64,000 nucleotides of DNA from a virus. How positions within the stretch are numbered: position 1 is the first letter of the stretch; the number at the start of each line of letters is the position of its first letter. Below are positions 51,994 through 61,276 of the stretch, piece after piece. The position numbers were made by a program, and so were the translations under genes. The notes beneath the pieces are model-generated. The model saw only the letters and a list, made by a program, of their open reading frames with translations, had not been told where the DNA came from and did no database searches. The stretch is from positions 1 to 64,000 of the IMG/VR virus record IMGVR_UViG_3300034092_004324; one strand, written 5' to 3'.

Positions 51994-52481
51994 AAAAATA
52001 AAAGTCAATGTCTGCCACAACGTTGATATCCTCTTTTTTGTAGCTTTTTGTTCATTGAGTGATGTTTTTTGTAATCAAACCCACTTGAGTGCGATGCACA
52101 TGATGTTATTGATATAACTATCATTGTACAAATAACAATTGAAATGATTTTTTTCATTTCTTTTAATTTAAATGATGTAAAGATTGAAAACGTCTGTGTT
52201 TTTTGAAGAATTTAGCATCAACAGTAATTCTTTCTTTAACGCACATTGGATTACCATATTCATGATGAAATTGATCACCAAACATACAATAATCCACAAT
52301 AGTTGAAACTGTTAACTGTCTCATATATTTGGGATTTAAAGTTGTTTAATTTGAAAAAAAAGCAACAACTTAGACATTGATATCATCTCTGAATGTTGTT
52401 GCTTTTCTGAAGTCGTATTCCCTTTATCGTAAAGAACATCCCAAACACTATTAAGGAAACATCGACGTTTTTAATTTTTTG

Positions 52482-52546
52482 TGACCAATACAGGAGTCGA
52501 ACCCGTTCAATGAAAACATCTTCTCATTGTTCCACATTAATTGGTC
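52482..52546 (-). ncRNA. tRNA-like RNA without a D stem (tmRNA-TLD-like architecture)
   Basis: GACCAAU-UAAUGUGGAA-CAAUGAGAA/GAUG/UUUUCAUUG-A-ACGGG-UUCGACU-CCUGU-AUUGGUC-A. Confidence 0.65.
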
Positions 52547-52789
52547 TGGTAAAAAAACCTCATCACTTGTATTCTCTTCTGTTAGAACAGTATAGAGACC
52601 TTTGCATGGGTGATGAGGTTTTAAAATAGGAAGTTTCAAACATGATAATCTTCGCGTTGATTAACACATTCTTCTCCTACCGCATTTCAATGATTTTCAT
52701 CATTTCAACACTTGATAAATTTGCAACTTTATCCATTTGGTTCCTCTTATATTCTTGGCTTCCAGATTAACCAATATTCTGAAAGTTGC

Positions 52790-52960
52790 TGATCATAATA
52801 AACCAGCTAAACGTGTGAAATATAACACTCGTTTAGTTGTGCTGGTTTTTCGGCTGATCCCTAATGGGATCTGTTAACCCGTTTGCATTTATTTGCATTT
52901 AGTGGCGGTGGATTCCTAATGAAACCCAATAAATAATCCAAACATTAGCGGAACGGGATA
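52790..52960. ncRNA. Candidate multi-hairpin structured RNA
   Basis: AAACCAGC..GCTGGTTT, GATCCC-TAAT-GGGATC, CCCGTT..AACGGG and TGGATT..AATCCA stems in non-coding DNA. Confidence 0.45.
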
Positions 52961-53060
52961 TTTTGAATATTGTAAAAAGAAAAAAGAAAAGAAACAACCT
53001 CAAGTATAGCATCTTTAGACCGCAAAGGCGTGGATGGTCATGCATGAAGTTGTTTATTGT

Positions 53061-53414
53061 TTAATCTGCTTTGTAATTAGGTCCATATGGAACCTCTTTC
53101 TTTGTTTTAACAGGAGCATCGGTTAATGCGAACTTATTTGTAAGCATTTCTGAGAAAGACAGTTTGAACAATTCCATGCTGATATTTTTTTTCAATTGAT
53201 CGAAATCTTTTGAAATATCAATGTAGTTCTTTAAACTTTCTTTTACATCATTTAACGACATTGTTGTTGCTAAAGGTTTTAACACCTCTAACAGACGAGC
53301 ATCAACAACTACTAATTCCTTTGTGTCTTCGACAACATAAGAAAAGTTCTTGATATTTTCGTCGGATTGGTTGGACATTGTTACTAAACGTCCTTTAATG
53401 TTAGTTGCAATCAT
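53061..53414 (-). CDS. Hypothetical early protein
   Basis: 117-aa ORF. Confidence 0.7.
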   Translation of the reverse strand: MIATNIKGRLVTMSNQSDENIKNFSYVVEDTKELVVVDARLLEVLKPLATTMSLNDVKESLKNYIDISKDFDQLKKNISMELFKLSFSEMLTNKFALTDAPVKTKKEVPYGPNYKAD

Positions 53415-53853
53415 TTCTTTATGAGTTATATTGTTATTGATTTATGATTTCACATTTGGGAATAAAAAACAACCTCAAGTTTTACCAGTTACAATGTAGG
53501 TGCACGTTTTCATGTCCTAATTGATTATTACTGTAACTCAAGGTTGTTTTTGATTTAATTGTACAAGAACAATCCCAAGAAAGTTTTTGTTTTTGCTGCC
53601 TGACTTCTCTGTTTAGAGCTTCTGAGGAACATCCTCAACGTGTGTTAGCGCACACTTCTGTTTGTTTTGCATCTTTTTTAATGATGATATGCTTGATTAT
53701 TCATTGATTGAATGAATATTGAATTATAAATGTTATCATAATTCAGTATTAACTCAAAAATCATGCTGATATCGTTAAATTATGCAGATAATCCCTTAAA
53801 AAAAACAAATCTCGCTGATATCGTTAATAAGATATAAAGCGATAAAATGAAAT

Positions 53854-53881
53854 AAAAAGAGTGTATTTCTACACTCTTTTT
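53854..53881 (-). terminator. Rho-independent terminator
   Basis: AAAAAGAGTGTA-GAAA-TACACTCTTTTT (minus strand), downstream of 53920-54246. Confidence 0.75.
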
Positions 53882-53919
53882 GGTTAGGTTTACAATTAGG
53901 AAAGGAAAGGGAGGGTTTT

Positions 53920-54246
53920 TTACGCCCCTACTTTTGGCGCTTTAGCTGGTTTTTCAGCTAATTTTTCAACTGACACAACTACGTTAACTGGGCGCTCTTT
54001 ATAAACGCCTGGCTTTACCGTAACGGCTTGACCTTTGCTTTCCATTTCTGGAGTGGCTAAACAGGTATGATTACCTGACAGCTGTACAATTGCAAATTGT
54101 TGATTGTCAGATTTTCTTTCGACAAGTCTGAACGACTCTATCTTCAATGTAGTTTCTTTCGTAACTACTTTAGATTGAATTATACCAACTTGTACCTCAG
54201 GTGCTGCGTTTTTTAGCGCTGCCATAGTAGAAAATACATTTTCCAT
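53920..54246 (-). CDS. Hypothetical early protein
   Basis: 108-aa ORF with slightly higher GC. Confidence 0.7.
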   Translation of the reverse strand: MENVFSTMAALKNAAPEVQVGIIQSKVVTKETTLKIESFRLVERKSDNQQFAIVQLSGNHTCLATPEMESKGQAVTVKPGVYKERPVNVVVSVEKLAEKPAKAPKVGA

Positions 54247-54491
54247 GTTATTGAATTTATTTGTTTTTTAGTGTTTGCTGACAGCCGTCGACCGACCGAC
54301 CGGGCGATTGCGCCAGCAAACTCAAGGAGGGGATGTTAATTGGGGAGGATCAACCCCTCATATTTTTAAAATGAAAAAAAAAATTTAAAAAAAAATTTTA
54401 AAAAAAATAGCCCATAAATTAATATGAGCTATTTAATAAGAGGTCAATCCTAAGCGCCCTGTTCAAATGAGAAGGGGGATTGACATGTTAC

Positions 54492-55160
54492 TTACTTTTC
54501 AATAGAGATCAAAACGCCTTTTTCAATTACATAGGTTCCACCTTCAGTTGTAATTTTAGCAGATTCGTTTTTAGAACCAAGAGCTAATAGTTTACCTTTG
54601 TATGGTTCAAGATCGTTTAACATTGTTTCGTGAGTAATGTCATACTTTGCTAATAGTTTTGGGTTGTATTCAACCCCGTAAATTGTTTCCATAATTTTAA
54701 TTTTTAATATTCGTTTTAATTGTTTTGTTTGTACTTCACTTAGTTTTGAAATATTAATTTCAAAAACATCTCCAACTTTTGGGTTACCTGTTAATAGTCT
54801 ATATTCTATGTTATTTTTTTCTAATAATGTTTTTATCAAATCATTTTGTTTATCTATACTTAAATTTGTATCTAGTAATAAAATTTCATTATTAGTACTT
54901 GTAACAATAGAAAATGGTGATTTAGTTGTAAGAGTATAATCTATGTATTTATTATTTTCAAAATTGTAACAATACCCGTTAATAGAATCAGTAAATGTAA
55001 TTGGGATGCTAAACTTATAATTGTTGTGTAAATTACTTGATGCTTTAGTACAGAGATCTTCAAGATCAAATAAATCATCGATTACTCGTTGTACTTCTAT
55101 ACCCTGTGACTCTAATAGTTTAGTATCAAATTCGAGTCCGTAAATAAATAGCTTTGCCAT
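54492..55160 (-). CDS. Hypothetical protein with similar N- and C-terminal modules
   Basis: IYGLEFDTKLL..I...IDDL resembles IYGVEYNPKLL..I...LNDL. Confidence 0.7.
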   Translation of the reverse strand: MAKLFIYGLEFDTKLLESQGIEVQRVIDDLFDLEDLCTKASSNLHNNYKFSIPITFTDSINGYCYNFENNKYIDYTLTTKSPFSIVTSTNNEILLLDTNLSIDKQNDLIKTLLEKNNIEYRLLTGNPKVGDVFEINISKLSEVQTKQLKRILKIKIMETIYGVEYNPKLLAKYDITHETMLNDLEPYKGKLLALGSKNESAKITTEGGTYVIEKGVLISIEK

Positions 55161-55316
55161 GTTTTTGGTTTAAATGGTTTCCCTTGTTAATAATACACCC
55201 TTCCTTATGTGATTTAGTGGCTTCAACTTCTTTGTTGTAGCTTTGTTTGCTTTACAACACCGCAAAGGTACAAAAAATTTTTGACATTTTTATACAAACT
55301 TGAAAAATTTTTATTT

Positions 55317-56033
55317 TTATTGTACAATGTTTTTTTCAACTATTTTATAACCAGTACGTTTATGATATCCATTAGAATTCAATAATTGTCTTATTCTTTC
55401 TACGCTGACTTTTAAAAATAAGCCACATTCTTTTCTTGTTTTAAATGTATATTTTAAAACACCTTGTTTATACACTTCATATAATTTTATATTTGTTTTT
55501 TTTATTTCAAAATTTGATGTGTAATTTTTCCAAGATTTTATAATTAAAAAGTTATTTTCATAAAATGACCTAGTTACCATTCTGTATCTTTGATTATTAA
55601 ATCTAAATATACTTGGAGTATTTAATCTCCTATAATCTAATCTTGTTATTTGTAAATGATTAATCGCAGCATAAGATGACTCAAATTTCCAAACAATATT
55701 ACCATGTAAATCTAAAACAAAAGTTTCTACACGTTGTATTTCAGAACCACCTTTTCCAGCTATTTTTAATAAATTATATAAATTTTTAGAATCAATATTA
55801 TCAAGATAATATTGTTCTCTTTGGATTAGGTTTTCTTTAGAACATTCTTCTATTACTTTGTAAATAAAATTATGCTTACCGTATTTATTATAAGCATTCT
55901 GTAACTTTTTATTATTGTGTTTATTATGTTTTAATTCAGTACGATGTTGTTGCCACCTTCTTTGAATATTAGTTGAACTACCTAAATAACATTTATTATT
56001 TAGTTTGTTCGTAATTGTGTATATACCAATCAT
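55317..56033 (-). CDS. Free-standing GIY-YIG endonuclease
   Basis: MIGIYTITN..CYLGSS..RRWQQH; REQYYLD; no intron core seen around it. Confidence 0.9.
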   Translation of the reverse strand: MIGIYTITNKLNNKCYLGSSTNIQRRWQQHRTELKHNKHNNKKLQNAYNKYGKHNFIYKVIEECSKENLIQREQYYLDNIDSKNLYNLLKIAGKGGSEIQRVETFVLDLHGNIVWKFESSYAAINHLQITRLDYRRLNTPSIFRFNNQRYRMVTRSFYENNFLIIKSWKNYTSNFEIKKTNIKLYEVYKQGVLKYTFKTRKECGLFLKVSVERIRQLLNSNGYHKRTGYKIVEKNIVQ

Positions 56034-56051
56034 ATAATCGTTTTTTTTTTA

Positions 56052-56169
56052 CAAATATACAAAAACTTTTTGACATATGCAAATATTTTTTAAATTTTTT
56101 TTCTAATAATTTTTGTTAGATTATTTTTTCAATAAAATTTGTGTATGTCAAAAATTATATGTATCTTTG
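56052..56169. promoter_or_regulatory. Divergent pair of Bacteroidetes sigma70-type promoters at the strand switch
   Basis: Minus: TTTG-N20-TATATTTG (56083-56052). Plus: TTTG-N20-TATCTTTG (56138-56169). Confidence 0.8.
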
Positions 56170-56429
56170 TGAGAAATTATAAAGAAGGTTGTTATATGGC
56201 AAATAGAAAAATTATTGTAAATCAAACTGGTTCAAAGGAATCAGTGCAAACTGAAAAAGGAGTTAAGGAATATTCTGTTATTGAAGGTACAGTTGGTAAA
56301 GAAGTTACTGAAATACTAGCTGAAATAAATACACCAGAGAAGAGAGCAATTAATCAAAGTTATGTGTTTCTTCCTTCTCCGTTTATGTTTTTTCATAATT
56401 TGTTAACTAAGAAGAAAAAGAAATGCTGA
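56139..56429 (+). CDS. Hypothetical protein (true start probably MANRK, ~56196)
   Basis: The annotated upstream start overlaps the promoter. Confidence 0.6.
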   Translation: MCMSKIICIFVRNYKEGCYMANRKIIVNQTGSKESVQTEKGVKEYSVIEGTVGKEVTEILAEINTPEKRAINQSYVFLPSPFMFFHNLLTKKKKKC

Positions 56430-57040
56430 ACTCGAAAAGTAAAATAAGTAATTTCTTTATAGGACTTTTTATTGTAACATCTCCTTTAGCACAGTGTCTT
56501 AATGACAATTGTGAAACACCTGAGCAGTTAACGTTACCTGTTGTTGTTAATGGATGTAACTTTGATTGTACACAGGATATACAAGATGAGACATTACCTA
56601 ATAACTTTACATGTTCATATCATAATTATAATCAGTGGTATAGCTTTGATCTTACAGAGGATACGTTTCTTTGTGTTAGTTTAGAATCTGATTACAATCT
56701 TGATGGGGCTATTTATACTGCTAATGGATATAATGAGGGGATACAGTTCTTTATTTATACAAGTTGTCAAGATATGATATTTGGTACTAATTGTTATTGG
56801 ATGTCTGATGTTGAGACGAGTATTATTAATTTTGATCCATCAGTTACTGAATGGGATGTTACTGTTGTTTTACCAGCAGGACAGTATATATTTGAGGTAG
56901 ATGGTTTTGGTTGGTCTACTGGTTGTTTTGAATTGATACTGTGTGGTGAGAATTTGTTAGGTATGACAGTTGAGGAATACAAACTATTTAAACAAAATAA
57001 AATGTTAAACTATGACATATTAGGGAGGAGAATACGATGA
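56423..57040 (+). CDS. Secreted Cys-rich protein with T9SS-CTD-like end
   Basis: Signal peptide, AQCLNDNC, NQWYSF, GQYIFEVDG, C-terminal YDILGRRIR. Confidence 0.7.
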   Translation: MLNSKSKISNFFIGLFIVTSPLAQCLNDNCETPEQLTLPVVVNGCNFDCTQDIQDETLPNNFTCSYHNYNQWYSFDLTEDTFLCVSLESDYNLDGAIYTANGYNEGIQFFIYTSCQDMIFGTNCYWMSDVETSIINFDPSVTEWDVTVVLPAGQYIFEVDGFGWSTGCFELILCGENLLGMTVEEYKLFKQNKMLNYDILGRRIR

Positions 57041-57324
57041 ATATGATAGATGAGTATTTGAAGGAACTTGAGTTGATTATGGAAGAAAAACAAAAGACTC
57101 AAGAGTTGAATCCAGACTATAGGATATATGTTGTTTGGAAGACAAGTAGGTATATTAAACATATTTATGTTACAGGTATGTTTAAAGATGCTGCTGAAAT
57201 GGAAGAAGTTGGTTTACATAAAGGGTATAGGAAACTATTAGCTTTAACACCAAGAGGAACTAAAGAGTTAAAAAAGATGGGCTTTAGTTCTAAAGAAATA
57301 AATGAACGTTATGAAACAAATTAA
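57037..57324 (+). CDS. Hypothetical protein
   Basis: 95-aa ORF coupled to upstream gene. Confidence 0.65.
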   Translation: MNMIDEYLKELELIMEEKQKTQELNPDYRIYVVWKTSRYIKHIYVTGMFKDAAEMEEVGLHKGYRKLLALTPRGTKELKKMGFSSKEINERYETN

Positions 57325-57679
57325 GTTAAATATTCCTATTGGTCAAAGTCAAACAGATGTGTATTTGATGTATTTGAAGATTACGAATATTTTCAATCCA
57401 TTGACTACAAGGGAACAAGAATTATTAGCTTACATTATGTATTATAATGAGCTGTATTCTAATATTGATTCTGAGTTAAGGAAGAGAATACTTTTTGATT
57501 ATGATACGAAGGTTGAAATAAGAGAGAAGATGAATATATCAGAAGCTAACTTTAATAATTTAATTAGTAATTTGAAGAAGAAAGGTGTTATTGTTAATGA
57601 CAATTTACATAAGGCTTATGATGTTCTATTTGATGATAAGAGTGAAATGGTATTAAAATTTTTCAAACATGACAGTTAG
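57302..57679 (+). CDS. Winged-HTH DNA-binding protein
   Basis: LTTREQELL...IREKMNISEANFNNLISNLKKKGVI. Confidence 0.65.
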   Translation: MNVMKQIKLNIPIGQSQTDVYLMYLKITNIFNPLTTREQELLAYIMYYNELYSNIDSELRKRILFDYDTKVEIREKMNISEANFNNLISNLKKKGVIVNDNLHKAYDVLFDDKSEMVLKFFKHDS

Positions 57680-57950
57680 TGTTAGCTTTTTAAGAACTAA
57701 TGCTATAATTAAAGATATGTCTCTTAGGTATAATATACCAAAGAAAGATATTGAAGAGATGTTAACTTTGTATTATAGGCAAATTAAGGAAGTAATTGAA
57801 TCTGGTGAAAAAGATAATCCAGATAGTTTTAAGAACATTATGATACCTAATTTTGGTAAGATATATTGTTCTAAGATTAAGATTGAAAAAATGATTTATT
57901 ACAAACAATTAAAAAAACAAAAAGATGAGAGCGAAAGTTTACAGGATTAA
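57669..57950 (+). CDS. HU/IHF-like DNA-binding protein
   Basis: IIKDMSLRYNIPKKDIEEML...NIMIPNFGKI. Confidence 0.7.
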   Translation: MTVSVSFLRTNAIIKDMSLRYNIPKKDIEEMLTLYYRQIKEVIESGEKDNPDSFKNIMIPNFGKIYCSKIKIEKMIYYKQLKKQKDESESLQD

Positions 57951-58215
57951 AGATGATGAAGAAGTTACTGAGGAAATTGAAAGATGTAAAGATTTAGGTT
58001 TGAGGAATTATGGTGATAGAATTGCTGAATTAGAAGAACAACTTAGAGAGGAAGTAGATATTACATTTGATGAGACTGATGTTGCTTGGATGATTGTATT
58101 TGTTTCTGATAAGATTAAAAAGAAAATTATATCAATTGGTTTAAAGAGTGGATTTGAAGCTGATTTAGTTTATAGTAAAAAGGTTGAAGATCGTATTAAT
58201 GAAATTTTATCATAA
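57925..58215 (+). CDS. Hypothetical protein
   Basis: 96-aa ORF. Confidence 0.65.
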   Translation: MRAKVYRIKDDEEVTEEIERCKDLGLRNYGDRIAELEEQLREEVDITFDETDVAWMIVFVSDKIKKKIISIGLKSGFEADLVYSKKVEDRINEILS

Positions 58216-58580
58216 TGGAAAGTGTATTTAAGGATGATGAATTTGTAGAAATTCCTAATGGTGACAAAGTTCATCGTATTAGGAAAAGTAACAAACCTCA
58301 AAGATTTGAGGATGAAAGTAAAGAGGATTACAAGATTAGAATGAAAGTGATGGACCAGTATTTAAAACATATGAAGAAAGGTAAGTTCTTTCATATATCT
58401 TGTTTTTTAACACCTTTGATGACAAATGATGGAACTATACTTACTGGGGTTAAAGGTGAACCGATTTATAATGGTAAAACAAAAGGTGTTTCTTTTGTAA
58501 AGAAAGAAATGTCAGGAGAACATAAGGAAATAGTAGAACAAATAAAAACAATTATTGAACATGGAAAAGAAGATAAATAA
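58215..58580 (+). CDS. Hypothetical protein
   Basis: 121-aa ORF. Confidence 0.65.
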   Translation: MESVFKDDEFVEIPNGDKVHRIRKSNKPQRFEDESKEDYKIRMKVMDQYLKHMKKGKFFHISCFLTPLMTNDGTILTGVKGEPIYNGKTKGVSFVKKEMSGEHKEIVEQIKTIIEHGKEDK

Positions 58581-58920
58581 TTTGCTTTCGGTTGAAGAAG
58601 CTAAAGAAATAGCTACCTCGAAAGTAAAAGCCTTGACTGGCGACTCACTTATGATTTATTTTAAAAGTAAAAGTGAAGAAGAGGATCTACCACCTCAGTT
58701 GATTGGATCATCTGAAGGAGAAAAGGTATTGGACTTTGATATTACAAAAGATGGTGTTGAAGTTTTGATGGTTGGTCCTAACTGTAAGAATATTAAGGAA
58801 GGAGATAAAGTTTTAGTTTATGCTCAGGCTATGATGTCTGGACAGTTTACAGCCTTACCGATTGGTGAGATCACTGTCCTTCTTCTACGTGAACCAACAG
58901 TTATGTTAATTTTAAACTAA
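58555..58920 (+). CDS. groES: Divergent GroES-like co-chaperonin
   Basis: VEVLMVGPNCKNIKEGDKVLV...LLLRE; immediately upstream of GroEL. Confidence 0.7.
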   Translation: MNMEKKINNLLSVEEAKEIATSKVKALTGDSLMIYFKSKSEEEDLPPQLIGSSEGEKVLDFDITKDGVEVLMVGPNCKNIKEGDKVLVYAQAMMSGQFTALPIGEITVLLLREPTVMLILN

Positions 58921-58927
58921 GAGCAAA

Positions 58928-60586
58928 ATGATTAAAGGAACTATTTTTGGAAGTGAAGCAAGACTTAAATTGAAGACAGGCGTTGATACGTTAGCTAATG
59001 CAGTTAAGGTAACGCTTGGTCCTCAAGGAAGAAATGTAATTATTGATAAGAACTTCATTACGCCACACATTACAAAGGATGGTGTAACAGTTGCTTCTGA
59101 GATTACATTAGAAGATCGTATAGAAAATATAGCTTGTTCTATGTTGAAAGATATAGCTAAAAAGACAGCTGATGAAGCTGGTGATGGAACTACTACTGCA
59201 ACAGTATTAGCACAGGCTATTTTTGATGAAGGTTTAAAGCAGTTAGTTAATACTAATAGTATTGAATTAAAGACTGGAATGAATCTTGCTCTGTATGATG
59301 TTGTTAGAATGATAAAAAATAAAGCAGAGAGTATTTCAACAAGACAAGAACTGGAACATGTAGCTATGATATCAGCAAATAATGATGTTGAAATAGCTTC
59401 AAGAGTTGCTGATATATTTGAGAGAATTGGTAAAAATGGTATTATTCAAGTAAATAAGAATAATGATGAAAATGTAACAAGTTATGATTTTAGCAAAGGT
59501 ATGAAATATGACTGTGGTTATATTGATCAAATCTTTGCAACTGATTTAGAAAAGCAAGAAAGTATTTTAATTAATCCTTTGGTGTTTATTACTAATGAGA
59601 AGTTGACGCATTTTGAACCATTGATGCCTTTTGCTAAAGTAGCTGTTGAACAAAAAAGACCTTTACTGATTATAGCTGATGAAATTACTGGTCATGCTAA
59701 AGCTGCTTTAATAGCTAATTATAAGGAGAATAATTTGAAGGTATGTGCAGTATTCCCACCTGGTATTGCTAATCAACGAAAAGAGCTTTTAGAGGACATT
59801 GCATGTATTACTAAAACTACAATCGTAGGTGATGCTTATGGTTATCCTTTTCATAGAGCTGCTGATAAAGCTAAACTATTCTTAGGTTCATGTGGACAGG
59901 TTGTTGTTACAAGAAGTAATACGACGTTTATTGATCCAGTTATTTCAGAGGAAGATCTTAATAAGCGAATTGCTGAGATTGAATCTCATAAAGATTTGAA
60001 TGACAAACATAAATTGATTCAAGCTAAGTTTGATAAACGTATCGCTACTTTAAAGGAGAATGTCGCTACATTGAATGTTGGAGGTTTTACTGAACTTGAA
60101 GTAAAGGAGAAGAAAGATAGGTACGACGATGCTATATGTGCTGTACGTGCTGCTCTTGAAGAAGGTGTTGTTCCTGGTGGTGGTTTTTCTTATTTAGCAG
60201 TTGCTAAGTTTTTAGAAAACAGTAAACCAGAGTTTAAAAACTCACACCAAGAGAAAGGTTATAACATTGTACTTGAAGCTATTAAAGTACCGTTTAAACA
60301 GATTGCTGACAACTGTGGAGTAGATTATAGTTTTATTGAAGGTTTAGTAGATTATGATTTTGAGAATAATAAAGGTTATGACTTTAGAAATAGACAAGTT
60401 GTTGATGATATGATTAAATATGGTATTGTTGACCCTGCTAAAGTTACACGTATAGCTATCGAAAATGCAGTATCTATTGCAGGTTTGATGTTAACAACAG
60501 AAGCAATAGTGTTTAACAAACTTAATGAAAATGATTTAGCAAACATTCAGAGAGGTAAGGACGTTGCTGGTAAAACTTTTGAATAA
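58928..60586 (+). CDS. groEL: Chaperonin GroEL
   Basis: AVKVTLGPQGRNV, TKDGVTVA, GDGTTTATVLA, EEGVVPGGG, GIVDPAKV. Confidence 0.97.
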   Translation: MIKGTIFGSEARLKLKTGVDTLANAVKVTLGPQGRNVIIDKNFITPHITKDGVTVASEITLEDRIENIACSMLKDIAKKTADEAGDGTTTATVLAQAIFDEGLKQLVNTNSIELKTGMNLALYDVVRMIKNKAESISTRQELEHVAMISANNDVEIASRVADIFERIGKNGIIQVNKNNDENVTSYDFSKGMKYDCGYIDQIFATDLEKQESILINPLVFITNEKLTHFEPLMPFAKVAVEQKRPLLIIADEITGHAKAALIANYKENNLKVCAVFPPGIANQRKELLEDIACITKTTIVGDAYGYPFHRAADKAKLFLGSCGQVVVTRSNTTFIDPVISEEDLNKRIAEIESHKDLNDKHKLIQAKFDKRIATLKENVATLNVGGFTELEVKEKKDRYDDAICAVRAALEEGVVPGGGFSYLAVAKFLENSKPEFKNSHQEKGYNIVLEAIKVPFKQIADNCGVDYSFIEGLVDYDFENNKGYDFRNRQVVDDMIKYGIVDPAKVTRIAIENAVSIAGLMLTTEAIVFNKLNENDLANIQRGKDVAGKTFE

Positions 60587-60735
60587 TGACACATGATGTA
60601 ATATGCCCAGGTTGTGGTGAATCAGTACCACTTGATGTATTAGATATACACCTTGAATATGAATGTATTAATAATTTAAGTAAAGAAAAATTTAAAAGAA
60701 AATCTAAAACAGATGTCGATAATAAAAACGTTTGA
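60586..60735 (+). CDS. Small C2HC zinc-finger protein, 49 aa (not in ORF track)
   Basis: MTHDVICPGCGESVPLDVLDIHLEYEC...; TAATG overlap with the groEL stop. Confidence 0.65.
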   Translation: MTHDVICPGCGESVPLDVLDIHLEYECINNLSKEKFKRKSKTDVDNKNV

Positions 60736-61264
60736 TAGTACGCAGAATTTCTGGAAAATGCACCCACAGTTAAAAATGTTGGGTGCATTTAAGGAATTAT
60801 ATACTAATGATCACACAAGAGATAAGGAAGCAACTTCACGAGTTATGTGGGCTATTACTTATCTTGTTGATCCTTCACAAGATAACAATTTTAGAAATAT
60901 TCAAGAAGACGAAAAGAGAGCGTTACTTGCTAAAGATTTTCTGAAGCAACCTAATTTTGATTGGAATAAATATACTGAAGTAATTGAATTTTTTAAAGAT
61001 TGTACTTTAACACAAGCTGAAAAATCATTAGTTGTTTGGCAAGAGATCATGGCTTTAAGAGATCGTGAATTGAAGTTGTATTATAAGGATGCTTTTGATA
61101 CAAAAGATATCTCTGTCATAAAAGAACTTGATACTTTGTTAAAAAACACAGCAGGTTATTATACAGATTATATGAAAATCAAAAAAGAATTTGATACTGA
61201 AAGCGATATTAAAAGAGGAAAAGGTACTAAAATACTTTCAGCAACAGATGCTGGAGAAATATAA
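60713..61264 (+). CDS. Hypothetical protein, candidate terminase small subunit
   Basis: Position upstream of TerL; helical composition. Confidence 0.5.
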   Translation: MSIIKTFDSTQNFWKMHPQLKMLGAFKELYTNDHTRDKEATSRVMWAITYLVDPSQDNNFRNIQEDEKRALLAKDFLKQPNFDWNKYTEVIEFFKDCTLTQAEKSLVVWQEIMALRDRELKLYYKDAFDTKDISVIKELDTLLKNTAGYYTDYMKIKKEFDTESDIKRGKGTKILSATDAGEI

Positions 61265-61276
61265 AAAATAAAAACA

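Noticed and set aside
50300-54500. CRISPR array in the non-coding region
   Set aside because: No regularly spaced direct repeats; the repeats seen are two-copy or inverted.
55317-56033. Third endonuclease as part of another intron
   Set aside because: No group I core or split host gene was found in its flanks; it has its own promoter and appears free-standing.
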